A stretch of DNA of 64,000 nt from an uncultured Myxococcales bacterium (lineage in GTDB: Bacteria; Myxococcota_A; UBA9042; PHBI01; JAAZYN01), in assembly GCA_964478315.1 (NCBI GenBank), contig CAYZID010000001.1:14619-78618 (forward strand). Reading direction: 5' to 3'. The translations under genes were made by a program, and so were the position numbers. This document shows, piece after piece, positions 48,145 through 55,879 of the stretch (the first letter of the stretch is position 1; every line of letters begins with the position of its first letter). Under the pieces are notes generated by a model. It saw nothing but the letters and a program-made list of their open reading frames with translations, did not search any database and had not been told where the DNA came from.

Positions 48145-49227
48145 CTAGTCCCTCACGTGCCCACCGACGTGCAGGAGCTTCTTGCCGTCGCTGTCCTTGC
48201 TGCCTGGCGTCGGTGTCTTCTTGTGCGAGTCCTCGCTCGCCGCAATGGTCTTCTTGATTGCGTCATCCATGGCGCCGAAAGAACCACCAAGGAGACTCGC
48301 GACCTTGAGGATCGCCTTCGTGAGCATCTTGGCCCCGTCGCCAACCTTGTTCATCGTGTCCTTCAGTTCCTCAACGGTTGCAATCAGATCCTTCGCATCC
48401 TTGTTGCTCATGGTGTTGAGCCGCGCCTGCTGCGCGGCAGCCACACGACCCATCAGCCCGGCAGCTCGTCCAGACGGAAGCGACGGGAAGCTCGGTTCCT
48501 TCAGCCTCCCAGCCAGTCCAGTTGCCATCCCGCTCGTGGCCCCCATCGACGCGAAGCCCAGTGCCGCCGTACGCCCACCGAACATCTCCACCATGGCCTT
48601 GCGGGTGATGTTCGGGTCGCCCTGCATCTTCTCGATGGCCTTGACCATCCCGAGGACGCCCCCGCCCGACTGAGCGGCCCTGGCGAGAAGCGCCGAGCGC
48701 GCCAGCCCGCCAAACGGCCCGAGCAACGTGCTTCTCGCATCCGCTTGGGCCCGCGAGAGGCTCGCCGAGACCGAGCCGAGGCGCATCCCCTGCCCCTTGA
48801 AGGGCCCACCCGTGGCCTGCATCCGCGCGGCGAACTCCTCCATGCGCGAGACGTTGACGTTCAGCCCCTGTCTCCCCATCTCCGCCGTGTTGGCGGCGAT
48901 GGCTTGGAGGAACTGATCCACGCGTGCCCCGCGCAGCCCTTCCTTCATCGCTAGGGAGACCATCCTGACGATGTTCCCTCCCGTGCGCGTTCCGCCAACA
49001 CCCGGCGCAAGTTGCCCGCGGTAGGCCGCGATGGCGCCGAGGCCCACACCGCGCGTCATGAGGCGCAGGAAGTTCGGGTGGCTACCAGACAAGAAGCCGA
49101 CCTGTTGCCCGAAGGCCTGCGAGAGTGCAGCCGACTCGTCCGGCATGTAGCCGTAGCCGGCACGAGAGGCGCCAGGACCGGACAAGGTCGCCATACCTCG
49201 CATCCTCTGGATGCGTGCCTTCTGCAT
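48145..49227 (-). CDS. tail tape-measure-like protein, C-terminal portion only (probably truncated)
   Basis: Gly/Ala/Met-rich low-complexity TMP-like sequence. The track ORF runs to 49437 but would overlap the divergent integrase 5' end. An internal ATG at 49227 is used. Only about 360 aa, too short for a myovirus TMP. Confidence 0.45.
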   Translation of the reverse strand: MQKARIQRMRGMATLSGPGASRAGYGYMPDESAALSQAFGQQVGFLSGSHPNFLRLMTRGVGLGAIAAYRGQLAPGVGGTRTGGNIVRMVSLAMKEGLRGARVDQFLQAIAANTAEMGRQGLNVNVSRMEEFAARMQATGGPFKGQGMRLGSVSASLSRAQADARSTLLGPFGGLARSALLARAAQSGGGVLGMVKAIEKMQGDPNITRKAMVEMFGGRTAALGFASMGATSGMATGLAGRLKEPSFPSLPSGRAAGLMGRVAAAQQARLNTMSNKDAKDLIATVEELKDTMNKVGDGAKMLTKAILKVASLLGGSFGAMDDAIKKTIAASEDSHKKTPTPGSKDSDGKKLLHVGGHVRD

Positions 49228-49330
49228 GGCGAGTTGGTATCGCTGCGCAAGGGCTGCCCCACCGACTGCGGCCAAAGCGCCAAGTACTGGAACGGAGGCA
49301 CCGAGTCCTCTCCCAAGACCGGCAATCCAG

Positions 49331-50281
49331 TTGGAGTTCGACCTCGCGAACGCATCGCTGAGCGCCCCGGCCCCGGCCACCCTGGGCGACCTGGTGGACC
49401 GCTTCGTGGCGCGGACATCGACATCGACTGGGCGCACCCTCTCTCCAGCGACGGCGCGCGCCTACAAGTCGCAGCTCCAGTCGCTGGTCGCGGTCGCAGG
49501 GCGTGGGCGCCCCATCATGCACGTCACCAAGGCCCACGTAGAGGCAGCCGTCCAGCGTCCTGCGTCCAGCCGGTCGCGATCGCAGTACCTCCGCGCCATC
49601 CGCGCGCTCGTCCGGTGGGCCGTCGCCAGGGGGTGGATGGTGGACATCACCGACGGCGTGGTCGTCGACGCAGGACCGACCGTCATCCGTCCCTACCTCC
49701 AGCCCGAGGAGGTGGAGGTCATGCTTGCCGCGGCGTCACCATCCACGCGCATCCGCGCGGGGCTCATCCTGGAGACGGGGATGCGGGCCGGGGAGGCCGT
49801 CCATGCAACGTGGGAGTGGGTCGTTCGTGGCATCGGTCGGCCATCCATCCGTATCCCTGCGGCTGACGGCGCCTGGCGTGCGAAGGGCCGGCGGGCGCGC
49901 TCCATCCCGCTGTCCGAGGCTGCACAGCGGTGGCTGGACGAAGCGCGCAGGGTGTGGCCCAAGACGAACTGGCTCCTGCACGACCAGCCGGCCCCTCCAC
50001 AGACGAGCAACTGGTGTCGGGACGTCCACCGTGCCTGCCGCCGCGCCGGCACGACGGACGTTGACACCCACGGCCTCCGTCGCACGGCGGGCGTTCGATG
50101 GCTCGCCGCTGGCCTGAGCATCTACGACGTCTCCAGGCTTCTCGGGCATGCCTCGGTCGTCACGACCGAGCGGGCCTACGCTGGCATCGCTGACGCTTCT
50201 TGGGCCTCCGTCATGGACCGCGTCGACGAGGCCGCCGAGGTCCCGCGCCTTGCGGCTGCCAGGGCGAAGCGCCGCCAGTAG
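49331..50281 (+). CDS. tyrosine-type site-specific integrase
   Basis: Core-binding region (TLGDLVDRFVART...ARAYKSQL). Catalytic motifs (RIRAGLILETGMRAGEA; HGLRRTAGVRWLAAGLSIYDVSRLLGHASVVTTERAY). TTG at 49331 chosen to avoid overlap with the TMP fragment. ATG at 49211/49226 are alternatives. Confidence 0.75.
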   Translation: MEFDLANASLSAPAPATLGDLVDRFVARTSTSTGRTLSPATARAYKSQLQSLVAVAGRGRPIMHVTKAHVEAAVQRPASSRSRSQYLRAIRALVRWAVARGWMVDITDGVVVDAGPTVIRPYLQPEEVEVMLAAASPSTRIRAGLILETGMRAGEAVHATWEWVVRGIGRPSIRIPAADGAWRAKGRRARSIPLSEAAQRWLDEARRVWPKTNWLLHDQPAPPQTSNWCRDVHRACRRAGTTDVDTHGLRRTAGVRWLAAGLSIYDVSRLLGHASVVTTERAYAGIADASWASVMDRVDEAAEVPRLAAARAKRRQ

Positions 50282-50379
50282 CCACAGCCTGCAACCACCG
50301 AGAACTTCAGAGAAGTGCCCCGCCGTGGTGTCAGCATGCGGACCGAATAGCCCTGTGAGCACGGGGTGTTGCCATAACC

Positions 50380-50390
50380 TGACACCCACG
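50380..50390 (+). repeat. third copy of the TGACACCCACG motif, 65 bp before the attR core
   Basis: Read directly. Same orientation as the attL copies. Confidence 0.5.
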
Positions 50391-50455
50391 GCGCCATCAA
50401 GGCAGTGCCGCCAGAACCCAGTGATGGCGGGATGTTGTCACCAAGAGGAGCATCG

Positions 50456-50499
50456 GATTCGTAATCAGCAGGTCGGCGGTTCAAATCCGCCTGTCGGCT
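50456..50499 (+). repeat. attR core: displaced 3' half of tRNA-Thr followed by an encoded CCA
   Basis: Identical to 29473-29516. Followed by CCA (50500-50502), unlike the intact gene at attL. Confidence 0.8.
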
Positions 50500-50503
50500 C
50501 CAA

Positions 50504-50538
50504 CCCCCGAACCCCACAGGGTCCGGGGGTTTTTCTTT
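50504..50538 (+). terminator. Rho-independent terminator (CCCCCG...CGGGGG stem with internal CCC/GGG, then TTTTTCTTT)
   Basis: Read directly. Position suggests it is the native tRNA-Thr terminator, separated from the gene by the insertion. Confidence 0.6.
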
Positions 50539-50560
50539 GCCCGCCGTGGGCTCGCCCGCC

Positions 50561-53500
50561 TCAGGGCATCTGGAAGCAGTAGAGCGACAGCTTCTCCGAG
50601 CAGTCCCGCGGACCGGCCGCCGTCCACTCGCCGTCCGTGGACGCACAGCGCCCCGCCAGGGCCTTGAGACCCTCCTGGGCCGACGTCCAGCCCTCGCACG
50701 TCCCGGCCACGGGGCCGATGGGGGGCGGCAGCGCACCGGCGGGCGTAGAGCCCGTCCAAGCCGCGCAGGTGTTCGGAGCCTCCGCGTTGAACTCTGTGTA
50801 GTTGATGGGCGCGCTCAGCGCCCCGTCCGCGAGGTCGGCCGCGCTCTTGGCGACCAGCTTCGTCCACAACCCCACCTCCGGATCCCACGTGCGCCACGGG
50901 CCGCCGCCCGCCAGGCGGCTCGCCGCCGACTCGTCCGCGCCCGAGATCCAAGCCTTGTAGGTCCCGGGGAGCCCAGCCGCGAAGGCGAGGCTCGCGCATG
51001 CTGCGTCCGCCCCCGCGAGGCCCCCGATCTTGTCCGGCCGCTTGGCCTGGGATGTCACGAAGACGCGGGCGTCCGTCTCCACGCACCCCGTGGGACCCGC
51101 CTCGCTCCCGTCTGGACAGTAGCACTCGGCCACGCCCTCCACCGCGCGACAGCGGTCCGGCCCCGGCGGCGGGCACACGGGCTCCCCGCCGGTCTCCAGG
51201 CAGGGATCCGCCACACACTGCCCGCCCGCCTTCACCCAACCCTCGGCGCACCCGCATACCGCCTCGCCGCCCTCCGCCGTGCACCCCTCCTGGTGCGGGC
51301 CCATGCACGGGTCCGGCGTGCAGGGGTCGTCGGTGCAGGCGCCCTGGCCGTCGTCGTGCAGCGGCGGCGCGCACACGCACACGGCCGCCCCCTGCTGGAC
51401 CTCGCACAGGGACTTCTCGGACTCGGGGTCGCAGGGGTTCGGTTCGCAGAAGGGGTCCGAGACGCGGAAGCCGAACAGCTCGCCGCCGCCCGTGAACGTG
51501 AAGCGCACGCGGAAGCGGTCCGCCGTGACGTCCTCCAGGTTCTCCATGGCCAGGGGCTGGTCCACGTAGTCCCCCGCCACGACCAGCTTCTCGGCCACCG
51601 TCAGGATGGTGTCGATGGGGCTCAAGGCCTCGATCTGCACGAGGAGCTTGCCGTCCACCCGCGCGTTCAGCGACAAGGCCGCGCCGCGCACGCCCTTCTT
51701 GAGCTTCAGCGGCTTGGTCAGGACCACCGCCTCCCCCGTGTCCGCTTGGAGGCCCGCCAAGCCCCCCTGGCGCACGGTGGACAGGAAGATCCCTCCAGGC
51801 GACGCCGAGTCAGCGCAGGGCTCGGACGCGATGCCCCCTGCGTAGAAGTGCCACAGGCCGCCCGAGGCCAGGGGACGCCCACCCATGAGCGTCTCCACGG
51901 ATCCGTCGCCGCCCCCAGGCGCGAACATCGTCAAAGGCCCGCCCCCCATGACCTCGTCTCGCACAAGCTGCCAGTGGCGCCCGTCGCGGCTCGCCGCCAG
52001 GACGGCGTCCGCCGTCTTGGGGCACGTCGTGTGGCGTCGCTGCACGACCCCCAACCATAGCGAGCCCTGGCGCCACGCCGTCATGTCCCCGTACACGGAG
52101 CCGCTCGTCAGCTCCTCCTGGCTGGGCGAAAGCACGGCCGGCATCTGGACCGCGTCGGGGTTCACGGGCCAGCCCTGCTGGACGCCGCCTTGCCCCAGCG
52201 CCACCCCGCGCGCGTCGCCCCAGACCGTGGAGCCCAGGCCGCCAAAGGCGACCCAGCGCTTGTCAAAGTCGTCGTGGATGATGCGCGTTCGCTCGGTGAC
52301 CCGGGCGTAGAGCGCGGGCGGTTGGGGGGTGTCGAAGTGCAGGTTCATCAGCGGGTTTGCGCCTGGCAGCACGCTCCATCCGATCCCGTCGAAGGAGCGA
52401 TAGGCGTAGACCCCGCTGTCCCCGCCGCCCAGGGAGATGCGCGTCACCGTGGCGATGAGCCAGCCGCCGCGGTCGCTGACCTCGGCCGTGACCATGCCGT
52501 CGTCGCGGAGCACGCAGTGGGGCGCCGGGCTGTCCGGGTAGAGCGACGGCTTGAGCCAAGGTCCGGCCGGGTCCTGGGCCACGGCCAGGCACAGCCACGC
52601 GGGCTGCGCGTCCGCCTGGAAGACCTGCCGGTAGCCCATGTAGAACATCCAGTAGGGGTAGTCCCGCAGCGGGTTGTCCTCGGCCAGGTTGCCGCGGAGC
52701 TCGTCGCTCACGGCGATGACGCTGCCGTTGGCGCGGGCGCGGCCGATGTCGCTGTCGTCGGTCTCGGGGCCCACCAGATAGGCGCCCGCCGCGCGGGAGG
52801 GTGCGTGGATCCGGCGGAGCAACCCGTCCCGGGACTCCACGAGCCAGTCGTCCACGAAGAGCTGCTCATCCCCGTCGATGTAGAGCTGCTTGGCGTCCAG
52901 CGCTGGCGCTGGCGCCTCCTTCGCCGGGACCTCCAGGCAGGGGGCCGCGGGGTCCTCACCCGCCGCCGGGTCGGGCTCGAAGCCCTCGTCGCAGGAGCAC
53001 TGGGCCGTGGGCGCCAGGGCCGCCGGATCCGTGCCGTCCGCGGGCACCACCGCGCAGGCGGTCTTGGCGTACTCGGTGCACGGGTTGGGGGTGCACGGGT
53101 CGTCGTAGCAGACGTCCAGCCCGTCGGCGTCCTGCCCCTTGAGCTGACCCGCGGCGCACTCGCACTGGGCGATGGGCCCGTCGAAGGTGCACACGGGGAA
53201 CGGGTCGGCGCACGGGTTGGGCACGCAGGGGTCGAAGGTGCAGCCGCCCTGACCGTCGTCGTGGGTGGCCGGCGCGCACAGGCACACGATGGCCCCCTCG
53301 GCGTCTTGGGTGCAGGTGGTCTTCAGGCCCTCGGTGCAGGGGTTGGGCAGGCAGGGGTTGGGTGGCAGGCACTGCCCACCAGGGCCCTCGGTGAAGCCGG
53401 GGAGGCAGCCCGAGCAGAAGCCCTCCACGCAGTACTTGTGGACGTCCGCGCAGGGATCGGGGAGGCAGGGGTCGCCCGTGGACTCGCACAGGCCGCTCAT

Positions 53501-53944
53501 GTTCTCCTCGAAGCCGGGCAGGCAGGCGCCACAGGTGCCGTCGGCCAGGCACACCCGGTCGAGCCCGGCGCAAGGGTCGGGGGTGCAGGGGTCCGAGGAC
53601 TCCACGCACAGGCCGTTCATGTCCTCGGCGTAGCCGGGCAGGCAGTCGGCGCAGAAGCCGCTCACGCAGGCGCGGTGCTGGCCTGCACAGGGGTCGGGAA
53701 TGCACGCCGGGTCCACCACGTCGCCGCTTGCCCCGTCTCCCTGGCCGTCGTCGGGCGTTACAGCGTCGCCGCCGGCGTCGCCCGGCGCGGTGTCGGTCTG
53801 CGTGTCCACGCCAGGAGGCGTGGGGCCGCCCCAGAGATCGGTCACCTGCGTGCAGCCCGCCGCAGCGGCCGCCAAGGCGAGGGCCAGCGTCCACGCGGTC
53901 GCGAGCGTCCACGCGCGCGCCGCCGGGTCCTGGTACGAGCGCAA
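50561..53944 (-). CDS. giant secreted Cys-rich repeat lipoprotein with C-terminal DUF1554-like domain
   Basis: TTG at 53944 with GGGAGG upstream gives a signal peptide plus lipobox (LALALAAAAAGC). More than 20 DPC/PNPC...C EGF-like repeats in two blocks. Central beta-propeller-like region. C-terminal ARVFVTSQAKRPDKIGGLAGADAACASLA resembles DUF1554. Confidence 0.7.
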   Translation of the reverse strand: MRSYQDPAARAWTLATAWTLALALAAAAAGCTQVTDLWGGPTPPGVDTQTDTAPGDAGGDAVTPDDGQGDGASGDVVDPACIPDPCAGQHRACVSGFCADCLPGYAEDMNGLCVESSDPCTPDPCAGLDRVCLADGTCGACLPGFEENMSGLCESTGDPCLPDPCADVHKYCVEGFCSGCLPGFTEGPGGQCLPPNPCLPNPCTEGLKTTCTQDAEGAIVCLCAPATHDDGQGGCTFDPCVPNPCADPFPVCTFDGPIAQCECAAGQLKGQDADGLDVCYDDPCTPNPCTEYAKTACAVVPADGTDPAALAPTAQCSCDEGFEPDPAAGEDPAAPCLEVPAKEAPAPALDAKQLYIDGDEQLFVDDWLVESRDGLLRRIHAPSRAAGAYLVGPETDDSDIGRARANGSVIAVSDELRGNLAEDNPLRDYPYWMFYMGYRQVFQADAQPAWLCLAVAQDPAGPWLKPSLYPDSPAPHCVLRDDGMVTAEVSDRGGWLIATVTRISLGGGDSGVYAYRSFDGIGWSVLPGANPLMNLHFDTPQPPALYARVTERTRIIHDDFDKRWVAFGGLGSTVWGDARGVALGQGGVQQGWPVNPDAVQMPAVLSPSQEELTSGSVYGDMTAWRQGSLWLGVVQRRHTTCPKTADAVLAASRDGRHWQLVRDEVMGGGPLTMFAPGGGDGSVETLMGGRPLASGGLWHFYAGGIASEPCADSASPGGIFLSTVRQGGLAGLQADTGEAVVLTKPLKLKKGVRGAALSLNARVDGKLLVQIEALSPIDTILTVAEKLVVAGDYVDQPLAMENLEDVTADRFRVRFTFTGGGELFGFRVSDPFCEPNPCDPESEKSLCEVQQGAAVCVCAPPLHDDGQGACTDDPCTPDPCMGPHQEGCTAEGGEAVCGCAEGWVKAGGQCVADPCLETGGEPVCPPPGPDRCRAVEGVAECYCPDGSEAGPTGCVETDARVFVTSQAKRPDKIGGLAGADAACASLAFAAGLPGTYKAWISGADESAASRLAGGGPWRTWDPEVGLWTKLVAKSAADLADGALSAPINYTEFNAEAPNTCAAWTGSTPAGALPPPIGPVAGTCEGWTSAQEGLKALAGRCASTDGEWTAAGPRDCSEKLSLYCFQMP

Positions 53945-54369
53945 GGGCCACCTCCCGGTTCCTGTCCCGCGTCCGGGAGGATAGCGGCGCGCCTGCCTCC
54001 CCGGCAAGCCAACCCCCTCCCCATCCCCCAAAGCCTCCCGTCGCCGCGATGGCCGCCGCCGGCGCACACCACAACAACGGGCGCATCCTCGCAACCGCTC
54101 AAGGTCGCGCTGCTACCCCCAATCCCTCACCCTTATCTCGGGTCCGGTCTTGGAGCCTGCGGGTGGGCGGCGTCGAGCGGCGCGTCTCAACGAGCGACTA
54201 GCCGCTCGAGGCGACGCGGCTACGCCTCCGCGCCCAGCGGCTCGCCTTCTTGCCCGCGGCTTCACGGGGCCATCCATGCGTCATCTCGGGCCGCCGGGCA
54301 GGCCAAGCGCAAACGCCGGCCGGGGGCTTCCCTCACCGGCGTCCGCACTCGTCAGCGCGCGTTGTGCTG

Positions 54370-54792
54370 TTATTGGACGTTGCACTCGGCCGTGAGGACC
54401 CCCTCGTTGCAAGTGCAGGTTGGGCAACCCGTGATGTTGCATGTGCCCTGGCCGTTGCAGTCCACGGTGCAGCCACCGCCCGAGCACTGCACGGTCAGCG
54501 TCCCCTGCCCGGTGCTCGTGGCCGTACAGTTGCCACCCGCGCACTGGAGCGTCGTCGTGCCCTGGGCGGCCGCCGTGAGCGTGCAGCCGCCGTCGTTGCA
54601 CTCGAAGGTGGCTTCGCCCTGACCCGTGGAGTTGTAGGTGCAAGACCCACCGTCGCAGGTCCAAGAGCATGCCCCGGCCGAGGCGCAGGTGCAGTCCGTG
54701 TCGCCCTTGACGCAGACGTTGTCGTCGGAGCAGGCGGTGGCGGTGAGGGTGAGGGCGGCCAGGGCCGCAGCGGCGATCAGGTGGCGGAACAT
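54370..54792 (-). CDS. small Cys/Thr/Gly-rich lipoprotein with internal CxGGxCT repeats
   Basis: ATG at 54792 with AAGGAGAG upstream. MFRHLIAAAALAALTLTATAC lipobox. 20 Cys in 140 aa. Confidence 0.6.
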   Translation of the reverse strand: MFRHLIAAAALAALTLTATACSDDNVCVKGDTDCTCASAGACSWTCDGGSCTYNSTGQGEATFECNDGGCTLTAAAQGTTTLQCAGGNCTATSTGQGTLTVQCSGGGCTVDCNGQGTCNITGCPTCTCNEGVLTAECNVQ

Positions 54793-55052
54793 GATCTCTC
54801 CTTGAGGTGTGTGGAAGAATCCAATCAGACAAACGGCACGAACCCTCTCCACCAGACCGACCGTCCAGCAGGGCCCGCGCGCCACCGGACGCTACTTGCC
54901 TGCCTCACAGAGTTCAACCGGCCGCCCCCCGCGCCCTCGGCCCAATCGTGCTTCGGCGTTGATCGGGCCTGCAGCGCGTCCCTATACTTTGGGACAGGTT
55001 CGGCGGCGCTCGTCCGGCGTCGCGGGGCTCGCGTTGCTGCTTGGAGGAAGGC

Positions 55053-55805
55053 GTGCACGGCGGTCGGTGGCTCACGGTGGTGCTCTGCGGCGTCGGGCTG
55101 GGGCCCGGGGCCCTCGCCACCGCGCCGGCTCCGCTCCCGGGCGTTCGCGCGTTCGACGCCGCGCGGGGGGCTGACGCCGCGGTCGTCGGCTCGTCCCACG
55201 AGAGCACCGCCTCGGCCGACGTGGGCCCGGTTTGCGCGCCCAGCGTTCAGGGGGCCCGGGACACGGTCCTTCGTCGGTTCCGCGAGCTCGCGGACGCCTA
55301 CGAAGACGTCCTGCCCGGGCCCCGGGGGCAGGCCCTCCTCCAGCGCGAGCTGGATCGCATCATCGACGCCTCCGTGGACGTGGGCGCCTTCGCCCGTTGG
55401 TCGCTGCGCGTGGCCTGGGACCAGGTGGACGCGGACACGCGCGCCCGCTGGGGCGAGGCGCTGCGTCTCATGCTGCGGGCTCGCTACCGGCGGCGCCTGC
55501 AGGATCCCCGCACGCAGCGCCTAGAGATCCAACGCACCGCGCTGGACTGCGAGCGCGCCACGGTCTGGACGCGCACCATCGACCGCCGTGGCCGTGCGTC
55601 CTCGCGGGTCGTGGTCTTCCGCCTGGTCTTCCACCCCGAGGCCGGTGCCGACGCGTGGCGCGTCTACGACGTGGCCGTGGATGGCACGAGCCTCCTCGCC
55701 ACCTACCGAGGCCGCTTCGTCAAGGTCTACCGCGAGGGCGGTGTCTCCGCGCTCGACCGGCACCTCCGGTCGGTGGCCGCGCGCTACGCGACGAAGCCCC
55801 CCTGA
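55053..55805 (+). CDS. MlaC/Ttg2D-like phospholipid-binding protein
   Basis: Signal peptide. Family-like segments (FARWSLRVAWDQV; AWRVYDVAVDGTSLLATYRGRF). GTG at 55053 preceded by GGAGG. Confidence 0.65.
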   Translation: MHGGRWLTVVLCGVGLGPGALATAPAPLPGVRAFDAARGADAAVVGSSHESTASADVGPVCAPSVQGARDTVLRRFRELADAYEDVLPGPRGQALLQRELDRIIDASVDVGAFARWSLRVAWDQVDADTRARWGEALRLMLRARYRRRLQDPRTQRLEIQRTALDCERATVWTRTIDRRGRASSRVVVFRLVFHPEAGADAWRVYDVAVDGTSLLATYRGRFVKVYREGGVSALDRHLRSVAARYATKPP

Positions 55806-55879
55806 GCCCTGGCGGCCGCGCTACCCACCCGCGGCGCTGGGTCCCCCAGGTCCGCGCGGAGCTGTGGTAGCCTGCGCCC

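Larger units (their letters stand above)
29517..50499. mobile_element. about 21-kb tRNA-Thr-integrated element: degenerate contractile-tail prophage (tail/baseplate/fibre half only) with accessory cargo and a tyrosine integrase
   Basis: Intact tRNA plus a 44-bp direct repeat of its 3' end. Integrase next to attR. Phage baseplate J, LysM-gp25, V-like, tape-measure fragment and tail-fibre genes. Block at about 35.1-41.4 kb is AT-richer by eye (not computed). Confidence 0.75.

Noticed and set aside
50456-50499. Second tRNA gene at the right end of the element
   Set aside because: Only the 3' 44 nt are present. The 5' half (acceptor/D arm) is absent. It is an att-site remnant, not a gene.
52190-54622. 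810-aa plus-strand ORF and 52956-54086 minus-strand alternate frame
   Set aside because: Overlap the 1127-aa Cys-rich lipoprotein gene. Arg/Gly-rich artefacts.
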